Positions 1 through 14,747 of a DNA stretch of 64,000 nucleotides are shown one piece after another. The stretch is from assembly GCA_951406725.2 (NCBI GenBank), contig OX597814.1:82212001-82276000 (forward strand), written 5' to 3'. The DNA comes from Octopus vulgaris (lineage: Eukaryota). A program made the position numbers and the translations under genes. How positions within the stretch are numbered: position 1 is the first letter of the stretch; each line of letters starts with the position of its first letter. The notes beneath the pieces were generated by a model, which did no database searches, had not been told where the DNA came from, and saw only the letters and a list, made by a program, of their open reading frames with translations.

Positions 1-1113
1 AATTAATTAATTTCAGTACACTCGTACCTATTAATCCATGAACCCCGTAAAAAGTGTAGTTTTCTGTCCTCTGAAAACATACATGTCTTGTGTTCAATAA
101 AAAGAAACTGAAGTAGTTGTTTCATCCTAGAAACCATGATCAAGCAAATCTTTCATCGTAGATGTTTTGATCATCCACCATCTCATCTTTTTTTCTTTAT
201 CAGGCAAAGCATATCTAGGACTACATTATTTAATATATCCTTCCTTTTTTAAGATGATATGATTTTTGAGCGACATTTTGGTTGATATTTCTTTCAGATT
301 TTTGTATAGACCTGCAATATATTGGCTCCTCCATTTAGAAATTCCATCGAATTAAAGGCAGATCAAACTACACATGTTTGCAGTAATTTTATACCACTTA
401 TACGATTAACGTCCCAACGAAAGGAATAAACATTTCAATATCGCACTATGTCGCTTTTATGTATAAATCTTACATTTTACGCCCGCAAACGGAGCGGGTA
501 ACGAAATGTCATAGGCTACGATAAATAGCTTCCGGTGAGTTGACTTTGCGACCAAATTTCGATTCCTGGTCTCAGCAATTCAAGTAAGTTCACTAATGTC
601 ATCGATAAACAAATAATGTCATAACATACGGTACAAGATTAATGTGTAAGATAACTAAATTACAGTACAGGACCTCGGAATTCGAAATAGTTAAAAGGCA
701 CATACGTTTCAAATATTTGTGAGATCTTCAAGGATAATATGTTAACAAGCAACTACTAAGGTTTATATACGCAACTTTGGGTTTGACCAAGTCTAAATGC
801 GGCCCTGGTGGCATTTTGTTCTCATAAAAAGTTAACGTAAACTAATGTTTGAAAAAGATTGTTCGTTTTTTCTTTTGGTTTTGCCTTTTCACTGAGTTGA
901 ACATGCTTGTGCCCATGTTTGAGTATACCTTAACGGCACAAGCTTATGTCAATGCAACAAATAGTTATCAAGATTACGAATTATTCCACACTCATGTTCA
1001 AAAAGCATCATTGTTAATCATGTTTGTGTTTCAATGAATCATTATTCATTTGTGTAGTTACCTATTTATTTATGGAGAAAAGAGCCATGTAAGTGTGGCT
1101 GTATGAATAGGCA

Positions 1114-1266
1114 CAGGGATGACTGTGTGGTTAAGAAGCTGGCTTACCGACTATGTGGTCTTGGGTTCAGTCCCACTACGCGACACATTTAGCAGGTGTC
1201 ATCTACTATAGCCTCGCACCAACCAAAGCCTTGAGAGTGGATTTGGTAGGCAGAAACCGAAACAAG

Positions 1267-1337
<71 letters not shown>

Positions 1338-2146
1338 TCTATTTGTATTGTCCTATTTATGTCTTTCTATTTGTGTTTCCCACTACCGCTTGACAACCAG
1401 TGTTGGTTAGTTTACGTTCCTGTAACTTAGCGGTTCGGCAAAAATGAACGAGAGAATATGTGCCTGTTGTACAAATAAGTACTGGAGTAGATTTTTTCGA
1501 TTAAATCAGGGGTTCTCAGCCATATTTTTTTACTTAAGGACCCCTTTGATTACAATATTACTCTGGCGGTTTACAGGTAAGTTCACCGCCATCAATTCAC
1601 TGTGAAGAAAGTTCACCGCGAGGAAAGCTTACCGAGAAAACATATCCATAGTATCCCACTCACCATTAATAGTTAAAAACTATGATACTTTATTAAAGAA
1701 AAAAAACGAGAGAAATATTGAATTCGAAAAATTATGTCAAAAACTTCGTACGTTGAACTTACCCTGCGGTGAATTGATGACGGTGAACTTACCGGGTATG
1801 ACTGTGGTGGATCTCCATAGCCATTTAATGTTTATAAAAACTAAGTTTATAGATATTTCTTTCAAAATTTCTAGTTTGTTATTCATACATTGACTTGTAT
1901 AGGTTGTATTAATATAAAATACTAGGGAAAGAAACCTTGCTGTTTCTTGCAATGCATCCATTTAAATCAAATCTTTTCATGAATGTTTAAAATACTTCAG
2001 TGAATACCCAATTTATTATTTTGCTAGCCTGGACCCCACACACACACACACACACACAAAAAAATCTTATATGGACCCGCAAGGGTCGTAGGGACCACTG
2101 GAAAAAACCCTCAGGACGGTCTAATGACCGAAACAATTAAAAATAT
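1114..2146 (+). mobile_element. Family A SINE interrupted by a hAT-like MITE (1507-2111) that contains a second MITE (1574-1795)
   Basis: tRNA-like head, internal (TG)n, tail resumes at about 2112. CAGGGGTTCTCA terminus at 1507. ~45 bp TIRs at 1574-1619 and 1751-1795. Confidence 0.7.
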
Positions 2147-2846
2147 AAATGTGAATAAAGCAATAACTTCGAACTAACTTGAATAAGAGACACTTCGTCT
2201 AAACCGAAACTGGAGTTCAACCTACATAGTGCTGGAAGTTTGAGAGTCCGTGTACCATACTCAAATTTTTGAAGACTGCAATATAGAAAATATAATTACT
2301 CTAGTGACATAAGATTAGTAAGCTATATTTATCTTTTGACTGAGAGATGAAACTGAGAAAACAAGTTGCTGTCAGCAAACAAAAGTAGCACAATTTGTAA
2401 GCAGACTTTTCTAAAGCCTAAGAAACTCGGTAAAATTCATTAAAATATTAGGATCCCTAGTTATAACTTGATTGATAATCATGGTTCTAAATCTTACTGA
2501 TGGGGCATTCGAACCAGCATGCAACTTGAAGAAATGCATGTATGTATGTATGTATGTATGTATGTATGTATGTATGTATGTATGTATGTATGCTATGAAT
2601 GTTTGTGTAAATATATATGTATAGGTATGTGTGCATTTATGTATGTGTGTACAGATGAATTAGAGATAGATAATAAACAGATAAATTTCGCATAAACAAT
2701 ACAGAAAAATAAACTAAACAAACAAAAACGTGAACAAATAATAAACTAGAGATTAAATAATAAGTATAATTTCGTATTAAGAAATAGAATCTTTCACTCG
2801 CACTTTTTGCTTTTATATAAAATTTGCACATGCAGCTGCACAGCGT

Positions 2847-2878
<32 letters not shown>

Positions 2879-2990
2879 ACATGTGTATGTATGCATATAA
2901 ACATGTATATACATATATATATATATGAATATATACAAACACACACACATACCTATAATGATGTATTCATGCATGTATATATGTATGTAT

Positions 2991-3195
2991 GTCAAGGCAT
3001 CCCTCTAGGGGAAGGCTAACTCGTATATAGAACCCACTGCTGCAGTGAGCCGGGTATCTCGCACTCTGCTTGTCTCTGGGCTTCTTGGTATTGCTAGTAA
3101 GGGTCATCGTGGTGTCGTGCAATTCCGCACTTGACTTAAAATCCTTGCACAGGCATTGCTGACACTTAACACTTATCAGCGATGATCATAGCCAA
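2991..3195 (+). mobile_element. Fragment of the same RTE-derived family
   Basis: GGCATCCCTCTAGGGGAAGGCTAACTC and TTGCACAGGCATTGC are near reverse complements of motifs at about 46890-46915 and 46724-46738. Confidence 0.5.
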
Positions 3196-3198
3196 CAT

Positions 3199-3256
<58 letters not shown>

Positions 3257-3368
3257 AGTATGTATATGTATGTATATGCATGTATATATATATATATAAA
3301 TATATATATATATATGTAGGTATGTCATTTCTATGTATCTATGTATGTATGCATGTATGTGTGTATAC

Positions 3369-3489
<121 letters not shown>

Positions 3490-3522
3490 TGTCTATGTAT
3501 CTGAGAGTGTGGCTGTATATAT

Positions 3523-3564
<42 letters not shown>

Positions 3565-3788
3565 CGTCCATAGTCTTTATTTCTAGCTCCATTATATCGT
3601 GAGCACTAAAACAAGAACATGCATAAAACGCATCGGTTTTATAGATCTTGAATATGAACGTTTGCCAATTTAGGACAATGATAGAAAAAAAAATTATTTA
3701 TTAACCCAATGTGCCACGCAGTGGGTTCGAAGCGGACACACGTGGTTGAGAAGCAAAGTATTTTAATGAAACTTTTTCTTCTTGCTGC

Positions 3789-3841
<53 letters not shown>

Positions 3842-4334
3842 GATTACTGTCTAACAAATTTTATTTAAAACACAGCTGTGCTCAATCCCCATGTATTTTA
3901 TTAAGGATACTTTTTTTTCTTTTTCGAATTTCTTTTATGTTGGTCCTTTGTGTTTGGTTTGAAACAATACATTTCTTAGGTTCAGAATCTAGACCTTTGT
4001 ATGGACTGTTCAGGACGAAGTTGTTGTTGCTACTGTTGCTGTTGCTGCTGTCTGTTATTCAATATCGTGTCAGCCATGAACGAGCAGTCCAGCTGTGACC
4101 ATCTTTTTTATTTTTAACTCAAACATTGGATAAGATTTGAGGGATATATAGCTTGCATTTCTAGTAGGTTTAGCGACCACGTTGACTCTCACAAACATTT
4201 GTTGTTGCCGCGTTTCTGCTTCGGCAGCAAGGATTTATAGTAACAAATGTTGTCAATGATAGTATCGCTATTGTTGCATATGTAAGATGAGGAATAATGG
4301 AAATCTATCTACATATCGATCGTTCTCTCTCTCT

Positions 4335-4418
<84 letters not shown>

Positions 4419-4634
4419 CTTCCGTTTATTTTAATTTTGAATACATATATATGCATACGTAGATACATATACAATGCCTGCATGGATGCATACATACATA
4501 CAGACAGATAGACGAGACAAACAGACTGTCAGGTAGACAAACCGATAGACAGACAGGCGGACAGACAGGCAGACAGTCGGACAGTTAGACAGACAGACAG
4601 ACAGACAGATAGATAGATAGACAGACAGACAGTC

Positions 4635-4725
<91 letters not shown>

Positions 4726-4726
4726 A

Positions 4727-4793
<67 letters not shown>

Positions 4794-5217
4794 GAGAAAG
4801 AGAGACAGAGAGAGAAGGGTGCTGTACAAGTGAGAGAGAGATAGAGAGCATCGCTACCACGTGTTTTTAACAATAGCCGGGTCAACTTTGCCGTTTCGTC
4901 CGACAAGGACAATAAGATATGTACAAGAAGACAAAGAATGGAAGTTGGTATATTCGACGAAAACATTTCTATGAAAGTTTTCTGATTTAACAATATTTTA
5001 ACCAGTTATTCCTTTCATATAATGTTCTGATGTAATATTTTATTCAAAATTTCCAGAGGATTTCAACAACTCTCAATATCTTTTCCTTGTTTATATGAAG
5101 GATTTTCAACTTTTGGCGCCTTTTACCTCCTAACTTTATACTAACAATTACAATATATAATGGGATAAGAATTATGGATGATATTTCGTACTTTATACGT
5201 AATAATAAAACATTACA

Positions 5218-5263
<46 letters not shown>

Positions 5264-5276
5264 TATATACACACAC

Positions 5277-5317
<41 letters not shown>

Positions 5318-5411
5318 GGTTTGCATGTATATATATGTATACATATATGCATATGAATATATACATGTATATATGTATATATATGTATATATGTATATAT
5401 ATGTATATGTA

Positions 5412-5746
5412 AATAAAAGACCCCCTTCGGTCATGAGTGACCATGGGTTTGCACCTAGAGAGTTACCCTCTGAGGCACAAGTCTGGGCAAGGTTGGTTTA
5501 TGGAAGACCAGTAGTCGCCCATGCATACCGGCCTCCCCTCTCCACGCCACCAGTGTTATCCAAGGGAAAGACAAAGGTCGATACAGCTTGGCACCTGTGA
5601 CGTCGCAACTCATTTCTACAGCTGAGTGAACTGGAGCAACGTGAAATAAAGTGTCTTGCTCAAGAACACAACACGCAGCCCGGTCCGGGATTCGAGCTCA
5701 CAACCTCACGATCGTAAGCTCGACGCTCTAACCACTGAGCCATGCG
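5412..5746 (-). mobile_element. Family B tRNA-derived SINE with CORE-like domain
   Basis: TGGCTCAGTGGTTAGAGC A box, GCTCGAATCCC B box, TTCTTGAGCAAGACACTT...CTCAGCTGTAGAAATG. Confidence 0.85.
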
Positions 5747-6003
5747 ATATGTATATATATATATATATGTATATACATATATATACATATATATGCATAT
5801 ATATATATATATGATGTATACGTATGTATAAATATATATATGTATATATACATATATATATATATGATATATACATACGTATAAATATGTATATACATAT
5901 ATTTGTGTGTATATATGTCAATATATATGTGTGTATATATATGTATATATACGTGTATATACATATGTATATACATATGTATATACATATATACATTTAC
6001 ATT

Positions 6004-6040
<37 letters not shown>

Positions 6041-6160
6041 ACATATGTATATACTTATATATATACTTTTATATGTGTGTGTGTGTATACATATGTATAT
6101 ACATGTATATACATGTATATACATATATTTATACATACATTTATATATATACTTATATAC

Positions 6161-6209
<49 letters not shown>

Positions 6210-6479
6210 ATGGAGATGTACTTGCATAGCAAGTGACTTGATCTGAGATCGTGTACTGAAACGGAAACAACACCGTGGAAGATATTTGTAAGCCATTCAA
6301 GAACACACAAAAACCGTTAGTTTCACTTCAACATTTAATTTTCATTTGCGTCAAATTATTTTCGTTGCTTTGAAACCACTGACAAACTTGGCGCTACATC
6401 TGAGAGAGTAACAATTAGTTCATGAAATATGTATCTTTATGTATATATGTATGTCTCTTCTATTTTTTTATTAATATAT

Positions 6480-7135
6480 ATTTTTCACTGGGTAGGGAGC
6501 CGGTTTCCAACTAAGATACAAGGCTCCATCTTTGGGATGCAGTTAACGCAGACAAATTCACATTTGGAACTTGAGAAATGTCTTGCATATTTTTACTGTT
6601 CAACTCACAGATTGCACTTATAATGTACGAATTAGCCAGTTGATTTCTCTTTCTGAAAATCCCAGTTTATCCAGATTCTCCTTTAAGCATTTACTAACAA
6701 ATCCTAGTGCTCCTATTATTGTTAGTATGAATATGAATTCATAGTCTGGATATAGAAACTGGAAGTTTTGAAGCAGTTGTCTATAAATATCATCTTTTTC
6801 TTTGATTGTCACAGAGATATTTATATCTGCAGGGCAGCTGACCTCTATGATGGCACATACCTTCGCTCCTCTCTCCCAAACAATAATATCCGGCCTGTTA
6901 TGTTTACATTTGATAGAAGTTTTGATGGGAATATTCCACCAGTATTACTTGAGTTGTTGTTTATGAATGTATTCCTTAACAGAGGAATTTTCTGAATTTA
7001 TTTCAGGACAGTCGTTTTTGTGGATGGCATTGTAAATTGTTTTAGCGACAACATCGTGCCGCATTGAGAGGTAACACTGTGACAACATTTCAGGATAGCT
7101 GCAAATCACATACGTGATGTCTCCACAGAAACATA
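6480..7135 (-). mobile_element. 3' fragment of a restriction-like-endonuclease LINE (R4/Dong-like), pseudogenised
   Basis: One frame with stops: degenerate zinc knuckle, RHDVVAKTIY, K*YWWNIPI, HNRPDIIVW, IIEVSCPAD, IIGALG, stop near 6558. Confidence 0.8.
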
Positions 7136-7322
7136 ACATACGTATATGCATGCGTGCGCACGTACACATATATATACATACATGCATACAGGCACACATA
7201 CATACATACATACATACATACATACATACATACATACATACATACATACATACATACATACATACATAAATTCATATATATCATGAACTAATTGTTACTC
7301 TCTGAGATGCAGTAGCAAATCT

Positions 7323-7369
7323 TGTCAGTAAACAGGTCGCAGTTTCAAAGCGACGAAAATATTTTGACA
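7323..7369 (+). ncRNA. Minimal hammerhead variant with G3-C8 core
   Basis: TGTCA-GTAAACA-G-GTCGC(loop)GCGAC-GAA-AATATT-T-TGACA. The sister arm (minus, about 6349-6385) starts TGTCA-GTG, suggesting ancestral GUGAACA. Confidence 0.58.
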
Positions 7370-7473
7370 TAAATGAAAATTAAATGTTGAAGTGAAACTA
7401 ACGGGTTTTATGTGTTCTTGAATGGCTTACAAATATCTTCTACGCTGCAACTGTGTGTGTGTGTGCGTGTGCA

Positions 7474-7517
<44 letters not shown>

Positions 7518-7558
7518 AATATTTATATATATGCATATTAGTATATATATATATATAT

Positions 7559-7632
<74 letters not shown>

Positions 7633-7708
7633 AACATATATATATATATACACTTATATATACATATATATAATTATATGTACATACATACATTCATATA
7701 TACTTATT

Positions 7709-7748
<40 letters not shown>

Positions 7749-7760
7749 ATATATATATAT

Positions 7761-7867
<107 letters not shown>

Positions 7868-8175
7868 CACCTTAAGCTTCAGACCCTGGGGTAAACGAAA
7901 ACCGACCAAATTATCCAGTCATATGGTTTTTAAAAAAACAAGGTGTCAGCTAAAAGATTTACTGGAAGATCTTTGCCAAGTGTAAACCTTATACCAATGG
8001 GAGTGGTAAGTGCTGTCTTTGTGATATGGAATGATGGCTCATCTGGAAAAGTATATTTTGCCATGAAACAAAAATGTTGCTATCGATCTATTTTATCCAA
8101 GGTGGGCACTGCTTACCTTGCCTACCTAGACGGCACGTCCCTGATATACACTTATATATACAAACATACATACAA

Positions 8176-8234
<59 letters not shown>

Positions 8235-8265
8235 CATACATACATACATACATACATACATACAT

Positions 8266-8302
<37 letters not shown>

Positions 8303-8318
8303 TATATATACATACATG

Positions 8319-8964
8319 TATCTAATATATATAAATTACAGTATGTGTGTATACAATGGCTAACGCATACATTTCCACAATTCTCAACCGATTTTCATCA
8401 AACTTTACATACACATTACTTATGTTCCAAGGATGGTCATGCACTATAACATTTTGCCCAGAGCTCCCGCGTAAATGGACATAGTTTTTGTATGTAGGGT
8501 CTTCCATACTTTTTAGCTAGTCAGGAATTTCCAAAACATGTTGTTTAATGTCAAGAAAATTACCACATTCATACTATTTTATGGTTGAACTTCTTCGGGG
8601 TTCAAAAAGATATAATGATTACCTAAGTGGAGTTAGCTCATTGGTTTGACAGAAACATATATGTAGGTTCTTCTTATGTTTTTTCTTTAACTTTTTGGGG
8701 CTTTCAACTTCCAATTTATTTGTAATATTTTTAAAGACAAACGTCATCTTTCTATAACATGCAAATAAATCACTAATTACATCCATTTATTCTCCATTTT
8801 CTTCTTATTTTTCCCTCTATATTAATAATTTCAATAATCCTAAACATATACAAATGACTTTGCCATTATATGATACGGATTGAACCAGTTGAATACCTTG
8901 GATTATATAATCCCTAATGAGGACTTAACTTCCTCGAATTAACTACAGATGTATATATATATAC

Positions 8965-9041
<77 letters not shown>

Positions 9042-9132
9042 TACTTATATACATGTATATATTTACATATATACATATATACATTTATATATATTTTTTT
9101 TCATACATATATCTATACATGCATACATATAT

Positions 9133-9194
<62 letters not shown>

Positions 9195-9720
9195 TCAATT
9201 GAGGATGTAGCTGCCCATTACATATAAACAGTAAGAAAAATATAGGAGAAATGAGATATCATGGACCATTGCTGAGGTGTTTGCAAATGCAGAAACTAAA
9301 CTAATCTTTCAGCATCTTACCATTATTATTAAAACAATCATGATAAAAAACAATTTTTGCCTGAATTTGTTAGTGACTAAACTTGTGTTCTTGAAGAAAG
9401 AACATAACTCCATAGTTTATATGAAATCTGTGGCAATAAGAATGTACAAAATCTGAAAATTTACAGATTGAAACGACAGACTTATGTTCCAAGGATGGTC
9501 ATGCACTATAACATTTTCCCCAGAGCTCCCGCGTAAATGGACGTAAATGGGCATAGTTTTTGTATGTAGGGTCTTCCATACTTTTTAGCCAGTCAGGAAT
9601 TTCCAAAACATGGTAGCAGATAGAAATAACCACTAAATGTCCAATCAGGAAGAGAAAACATACAGACATATATGCATTCTTACATACATAATAACACAGG
9701 CGCACTGGGCTACGTAACAA
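8319..9720 (+). mobile_element. Possible Helitron-like non-autonomous element with an ~120 bp direct repeat
   Basis: Start TCTAATATATATAAA...CCGATTTTCATCAAACTTT resembles the element ending at 40411. Segment 8419-8540 recurs at 9481-9612. The 3' end is degenerate. Confidence 0.4.
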
Positions 9721-9889
9721 CATATATAGATAACGTTCTCGAAATGATGCGGTTCTCCAAAACTGAAGTAGACTGACACAAAACTTTCATATCCTATCGA
9801 CTGGTGGTACAATGAAGGTTTACAAGATATTTCAAACGTTTTCGATTTCAGTTTCCTGATGTAAGCATCTGTACACAATCACATGGACA

Positions 9890-10218
9890 CATGGTATGCA
9901 TTGATACTCCGTCGGTTACGACGACGAGGTTTCTAGGTGATCTGATCAACGGAACAACCTGCTCGTGGAATTAACGTGCAAGTGGCTGAGCACTCCACAG
10001 ACACACAGACACGCATTCCTTTAAGGTGGTTTTCAGGGATATTCAGTGTGACACTAATTGTGACAAAGCTGAAATACAGGTGCTACTCATTTTTTGCTAG
10101 CTGAGTGAACTAGAACAACGTGAAATAAAGTGTCTTGCTCAAGAACACAACGCTCCACCAGCTATTGAACTCACGACCTTACTATCGTGAGCCGAGTAGC
10201 CTAACTCCTTAGCCATAC
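9890..10218 (-). mobile_element. Family B SINE with a different 3' tail
   Basis: Same head and core as the 5412-5746 copy; unrelated 3' half. Confidence 0.75.
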
Positions 10219-10559
10219 GTCTTCACTATATGGCATGCCCACGTGTTTATAAAATGCAAGAAAATACATATACACAAAGGTGTGTGTTTGTGTGTTTGTG
10301 TACCAACGAGAAGTACACATCGGTCGCATGGGTGCAAGTTTAACCACACATGCCGTGACATATATGCATATATTAACTTACTTATACATAACAAATCTAG
10401 TGAATTGTTTTGACGCAAATATTGTCATCTATATTCTCAGCTTGCTTTTGTTCTAACAGCATTAGCTCTTTGTTTGATAATGGAGCACTAGCAACTCAAG
10501 TACTCACCCCCGCTAACTTCCTCCAAACTTACATCATCTGCAAATGTCACAATATTTTC

Positions 10560-11170
10560 CGACTTTGATGTAGACTTTATGCATGTAGAAAACTTGTAAA
10601 TTCACGAACAGTGTGGCCAAATGTTTTTCCAAGCACAATTCAAAGCTGAGGGTTTTATTCCATGTCTCAGCTATGTTATCCATTGCTGAACTATGAGATA
10701 AGTGAAACCCTCGACACAGCTTCTATTATGTTGAACTGCTTCATGAAGTCTATATCCATAAGTTTATTCACCCATCATATGTTGTTTGAAAGTTGTTCTC
10801 AGGTAATATACCTTGAAGTTAGCTATTACACCTTGATCCATTGGTTGGAGCAAAGAAGTCGTATTCTTGAGAATATCTTACCCCCTTATATAATCGGAAT
10901 GCTAATTTATGCTCATTGATGCACTATCTAATAGGAGCAATGCTTTGTTGACTATGTTATTTCTGGTACTCTACAAAATGTTTGTAAACCACTCTTCGAA
11001 AAGGCACTTAATTGTCCTTGTCATCTGATTTGAACACCAAATAAGATAAATTCAGCTTGGCATAGTTCACGAAATCCCTTGAATTTTTGGTGTGATACAC
11101 AAGTAAGGACTTTAATTTCCTTTCATATCACCAGCCGTATTTCTTCCCAGTCAATATTTGGAAATATCAA
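10560..11170 (-). pseudogene. Tigger/pogo transposase remnant (not in ORF track)
   Basis: Manual translation gives LGRNTAGDMK, LKSLLVYHTKNSRDFVNYAKLNL, LFEEWF, KALLLLDSA and NTTSLLQPMDQGVIANFKVYYLRTTF (Tigger1-type DDE motifs), with frameshifts and stops. Confidence 0.85.
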
Positions 11171-11537
11171 ATACTGAAGTTGATTTCTCTTCTCAAGAAA
11201 TGAAAATTTTAGCAAACATGAGCTTCAAAAACAGTGCAGTTTCATGCAATATTGTGTAATTTTTCTGGTGTAAATCCTCTTTAACGATGGTTTTTTTTTT
11301 TTTTTCCGCTGTTTTCTCGGTTCAAATCTTTCTTGAAAATATCGATTAGCAACTGTTTAAACAGAACGTCGATGTCACGTCATCAGCCTCTCATGTCTAG
11401 GAGGGTCTGGAAACGCTTTGGTAACAGAAATTTCCACCAAACCCATGTGTAGGGGTGGGTGTTTGTATGTATTTATGCATACACACATGTTTGTATTCTT
11501 ATATATATAGGTATATATGAATGTATATGTATGTATA

Positions 11538-11631
<94 letters not shown>

Positions 11632-11747
11632 TATTTACATATATCTATATATGCATATGTATATACATAAATATACATATATATATGTATGCATGCATGT
11701 ATGTATGTATGTATGTATGTATAACTCGCTCAGAGATTTATTATTGG

Positions 11748-11806
<59 letters not shown>

Positions 11807-11836
11807 CATATAGATATATACATACATGTGTGTGTG

Positions 11837-11868
<32 letters not shown>

Positions 11869-11869
<1 letters not shown>

Positions 11870-13045
11870 ACAGGGTGCGGTGAGTAAATTGTCGTCTAAA
11901 TTACGCAAAAATGAAAATAACATTGACATCTCATTTTAACATACATTTATCAAATTTACATAAAACTATCTTGAAATACTAAAGAGTAGATTTATTCAAT
12001 AAAATCGCCATTAGCTTTTCATAGTTACTCCCGCCGTTTAACGGCGCTTGCTTGAATTTCTTCACTTTGACATTCAGAGGGCTTCGGAATCTCCTGTAAC
12101 TCTAATAGATGGTCTCCTTGTTTAAGTTGGTGAATGCTACCATAATCCTTGCCTTCAGTTCATCTTTGGTGCTACAAGGAGTTTTGTTGGTCTCTTGTTC
12201 AACTGTGCTCCACACATAATAATCAAGGAGGTTGCATTCTGGGGAGTTATGTGGGCAGATGTTAGGGTGATGTGGTCAAATAAATAGTCTGACAGCCATG
12301 ACTGAGTTCTCCTGCTTTTGTGGCATGGTGCAGAGTCCTGTTGCCAGACATAAGGTTTTCCAGCAGCCACCCTCTTGACGCAGGGCAGCACTGCCTCTTC
12401 CAGGCATTTGATGTAGGGCTCGAGGGCTTCGGAATCTCCTGTAACTCTAATAGATGGTCTCCTTGTTTAAGTTGGTGAATGCTACCATAATCCTTGCCTT
12501 CAGTTCATCTTTGGTGCTACAAGGAGTTTTGTTGGTCTCTTGTTCAACTGTGCTCCACACATAATAATCAAGGAGGTTGCATTCTGGGGAGTAATGTGGG
12601 CAGATGTTAGGGTGATGTGGTCAAATAAATAGTCTGACAGCCATGACTGAGTTCTCCTGCTTTTGTGGCATGGTGCAGAGTCCTGTTGCCAGACATAAGG
12701 TTTTCCAGCAGCCACCCTCTTGACGCAGGGCAGCACTGCCTCTTCCAGGCATTTGATGTAGGGCTCCGTGTTGAGTCTGAGGTCGTGAATGGAGGCATAA
12801 CATTGCCATCACTAATGATCACTCCAAATACCATGATGTTGACTGGATGTTTGATTTTTATCACTCTCGGTACATGTTTGGGCACACGGCAGAGCAACGG
12901 TTGTTCTGTGTGTTCACCATCTGATCCTAGCAGAGACTTTTCGCATCTGACAAAAACCAAAGCATGTTCGGTTGGAAGGGATGCTTGAGGTTGTTCAAAA
13001 CCTTCGTAGCGCGGTCTTCCCTCTTGACTTTGATGACTAGAGATA
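11869..13045 (-). mobile_element. maT-type (DD37D) Tc1/mariner remnant with internal duplication
   Basis: TIR-like end TACAGGGTG at 11869. Motifs KHPVNIMVFGVI and WQQDSAPCH; after correcting one frameshift, ...HYSPECNLLDYY gives 37 residues between the catalytic Ds. Confidence 0.82.
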
Positions 13046-13210
13046 AAAATTGTGTGTATATGTATCGGGATGTGTGTAAGCATATGTGTATATGTATATA
13101 TATGTGGGAGGGGGTGAGTGTGTGTGTGTGTATAAATTCCTCTATTTACATAGTATCGAGGTCTCATTCATTTATTGTCATTTTATTATTATTATTAATA
13201 TACATACATT

Positions 13211-13286
<76 letters not shown>

Positions 13287-13648
13287 TATGTATATATGAA
13301 CATGTATATATGTATATATGCGTGTGTATATGTATAAATATGCTTATATATATGTATGTATATACGAATATGTATATATGTATATATATATATGTATGTA
13401 TGTTTGTATAATAATAATAAAATGCCAACAAAAAAATGAGACCTCGATATTATGTAAATAAAGGAATTTATACACACACACACACACACACATACACACG
13501 CAAGCACACATACACACACACACATGCATATGAATATATAGGCATTCGTGTACTGAAATTATTTCTTTAGTTTACTTTGAATTTCTCTAATTTTCGATTG
13601 CCTTCAAAACGTTGTATTCATACGTATTTTTGGAAATATCAATTTTAA

Positions 13649-13711
<63 letters not shown>

Positions 13712-13808
13712 AATTGAGATAGGGGTTGTAGATGCAACCCACCATGGGATACCATATATCCAATATACTGCTAGTGAGGTACCCAACAATGCATATGTAT
13801 ACATATGC

Positions 13809-13907
<99 letters not shown>

Positions 13908-14112
13908 TTCAAATTAATACTATTGATGTTCGAGTTTCATTTCTGTTCCATAGTCCTCTTTAACAATTATATATCCGCTGCATCGGAAATCTGCAATGGC
14001 TCCATAACTACCGCCTCGTCTATAGCCTTTGGAGCCCTAAAATCCGTTACATCACTTGCCTAGCGTACCTAATCGTTTAGATCACCTGTGAAATAAACCC
14101 CAATAGTTTGTG

Positions 14113-14171
<59 letters not shown>

Positions 14172-14364
14172 TTATTTATTTATTTATTTATTTATGTATT
14201 TATTTATATATATTTCGTTTTTGGATTTGGTTTGCAAGATTCCTTATATGAGTTCGTCTGTTGAAGCATATCGTGTTGTGTCTGGGGAGAGTCATTTTCT
14301 TTTTGTCTCTTGTAGCTTAACACACTCACCGGTAAAATTTCCACTTATTTCTTATTTTTATTTT

Positions 14365-14404
14365 CCTAGAATTTTCGTTGCGTCTTGTAACCTTTTCAAT
14401 AGTC
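14365..14404 (-). ncRNA. Minimal hammerhead variant with U3-A8 core
   Basis: CTA-TTGAAAA-G-GTTAC-AAGAC-GCAAC-GAA-AATT-C-TAG. Confidence 0.5.
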
Positions 14405-14714
14405 TAGTTAAATTTTGTTTTATGACAGTACATAACTTTTTGATTCCAGAACGTATTTGATAAGTGTGTCCCAATACAATGAACTCATACTTTGAATGCT
14501 TAAAATTCTTAAAAAATGAAACCAAACATCCACACCATATTCAGTTGGGACAACCTGTATCACTTATACTTATTTTACAAGTCATACATACATACATACA
14601 TACATACATACATACATACATACATACATACATACACACATACATACATACATACATACATACACATACATACATACATACATACATACATACATACATA
14701 CATACATACATACA

Positions 14715-14747
<33 letters not shown>

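Larger units (their letters stand above)
6209..7445. mobile_element. Inverted-repeat element (Penelope-like pseudo-LTR pair) interrupted by the R4-like fragment
   Basis: Arms at about 6274-6430 and 7277-7444 are reverse complements with scattered mismatches and contain the hammerhead motif. Confidence 0.65.

Noticed and set aside
5670-5746. tRNA gene
   Set aside because: The tRNA-like sequence runs directly into a SINE body; the same applies to the other A/B-box heads.
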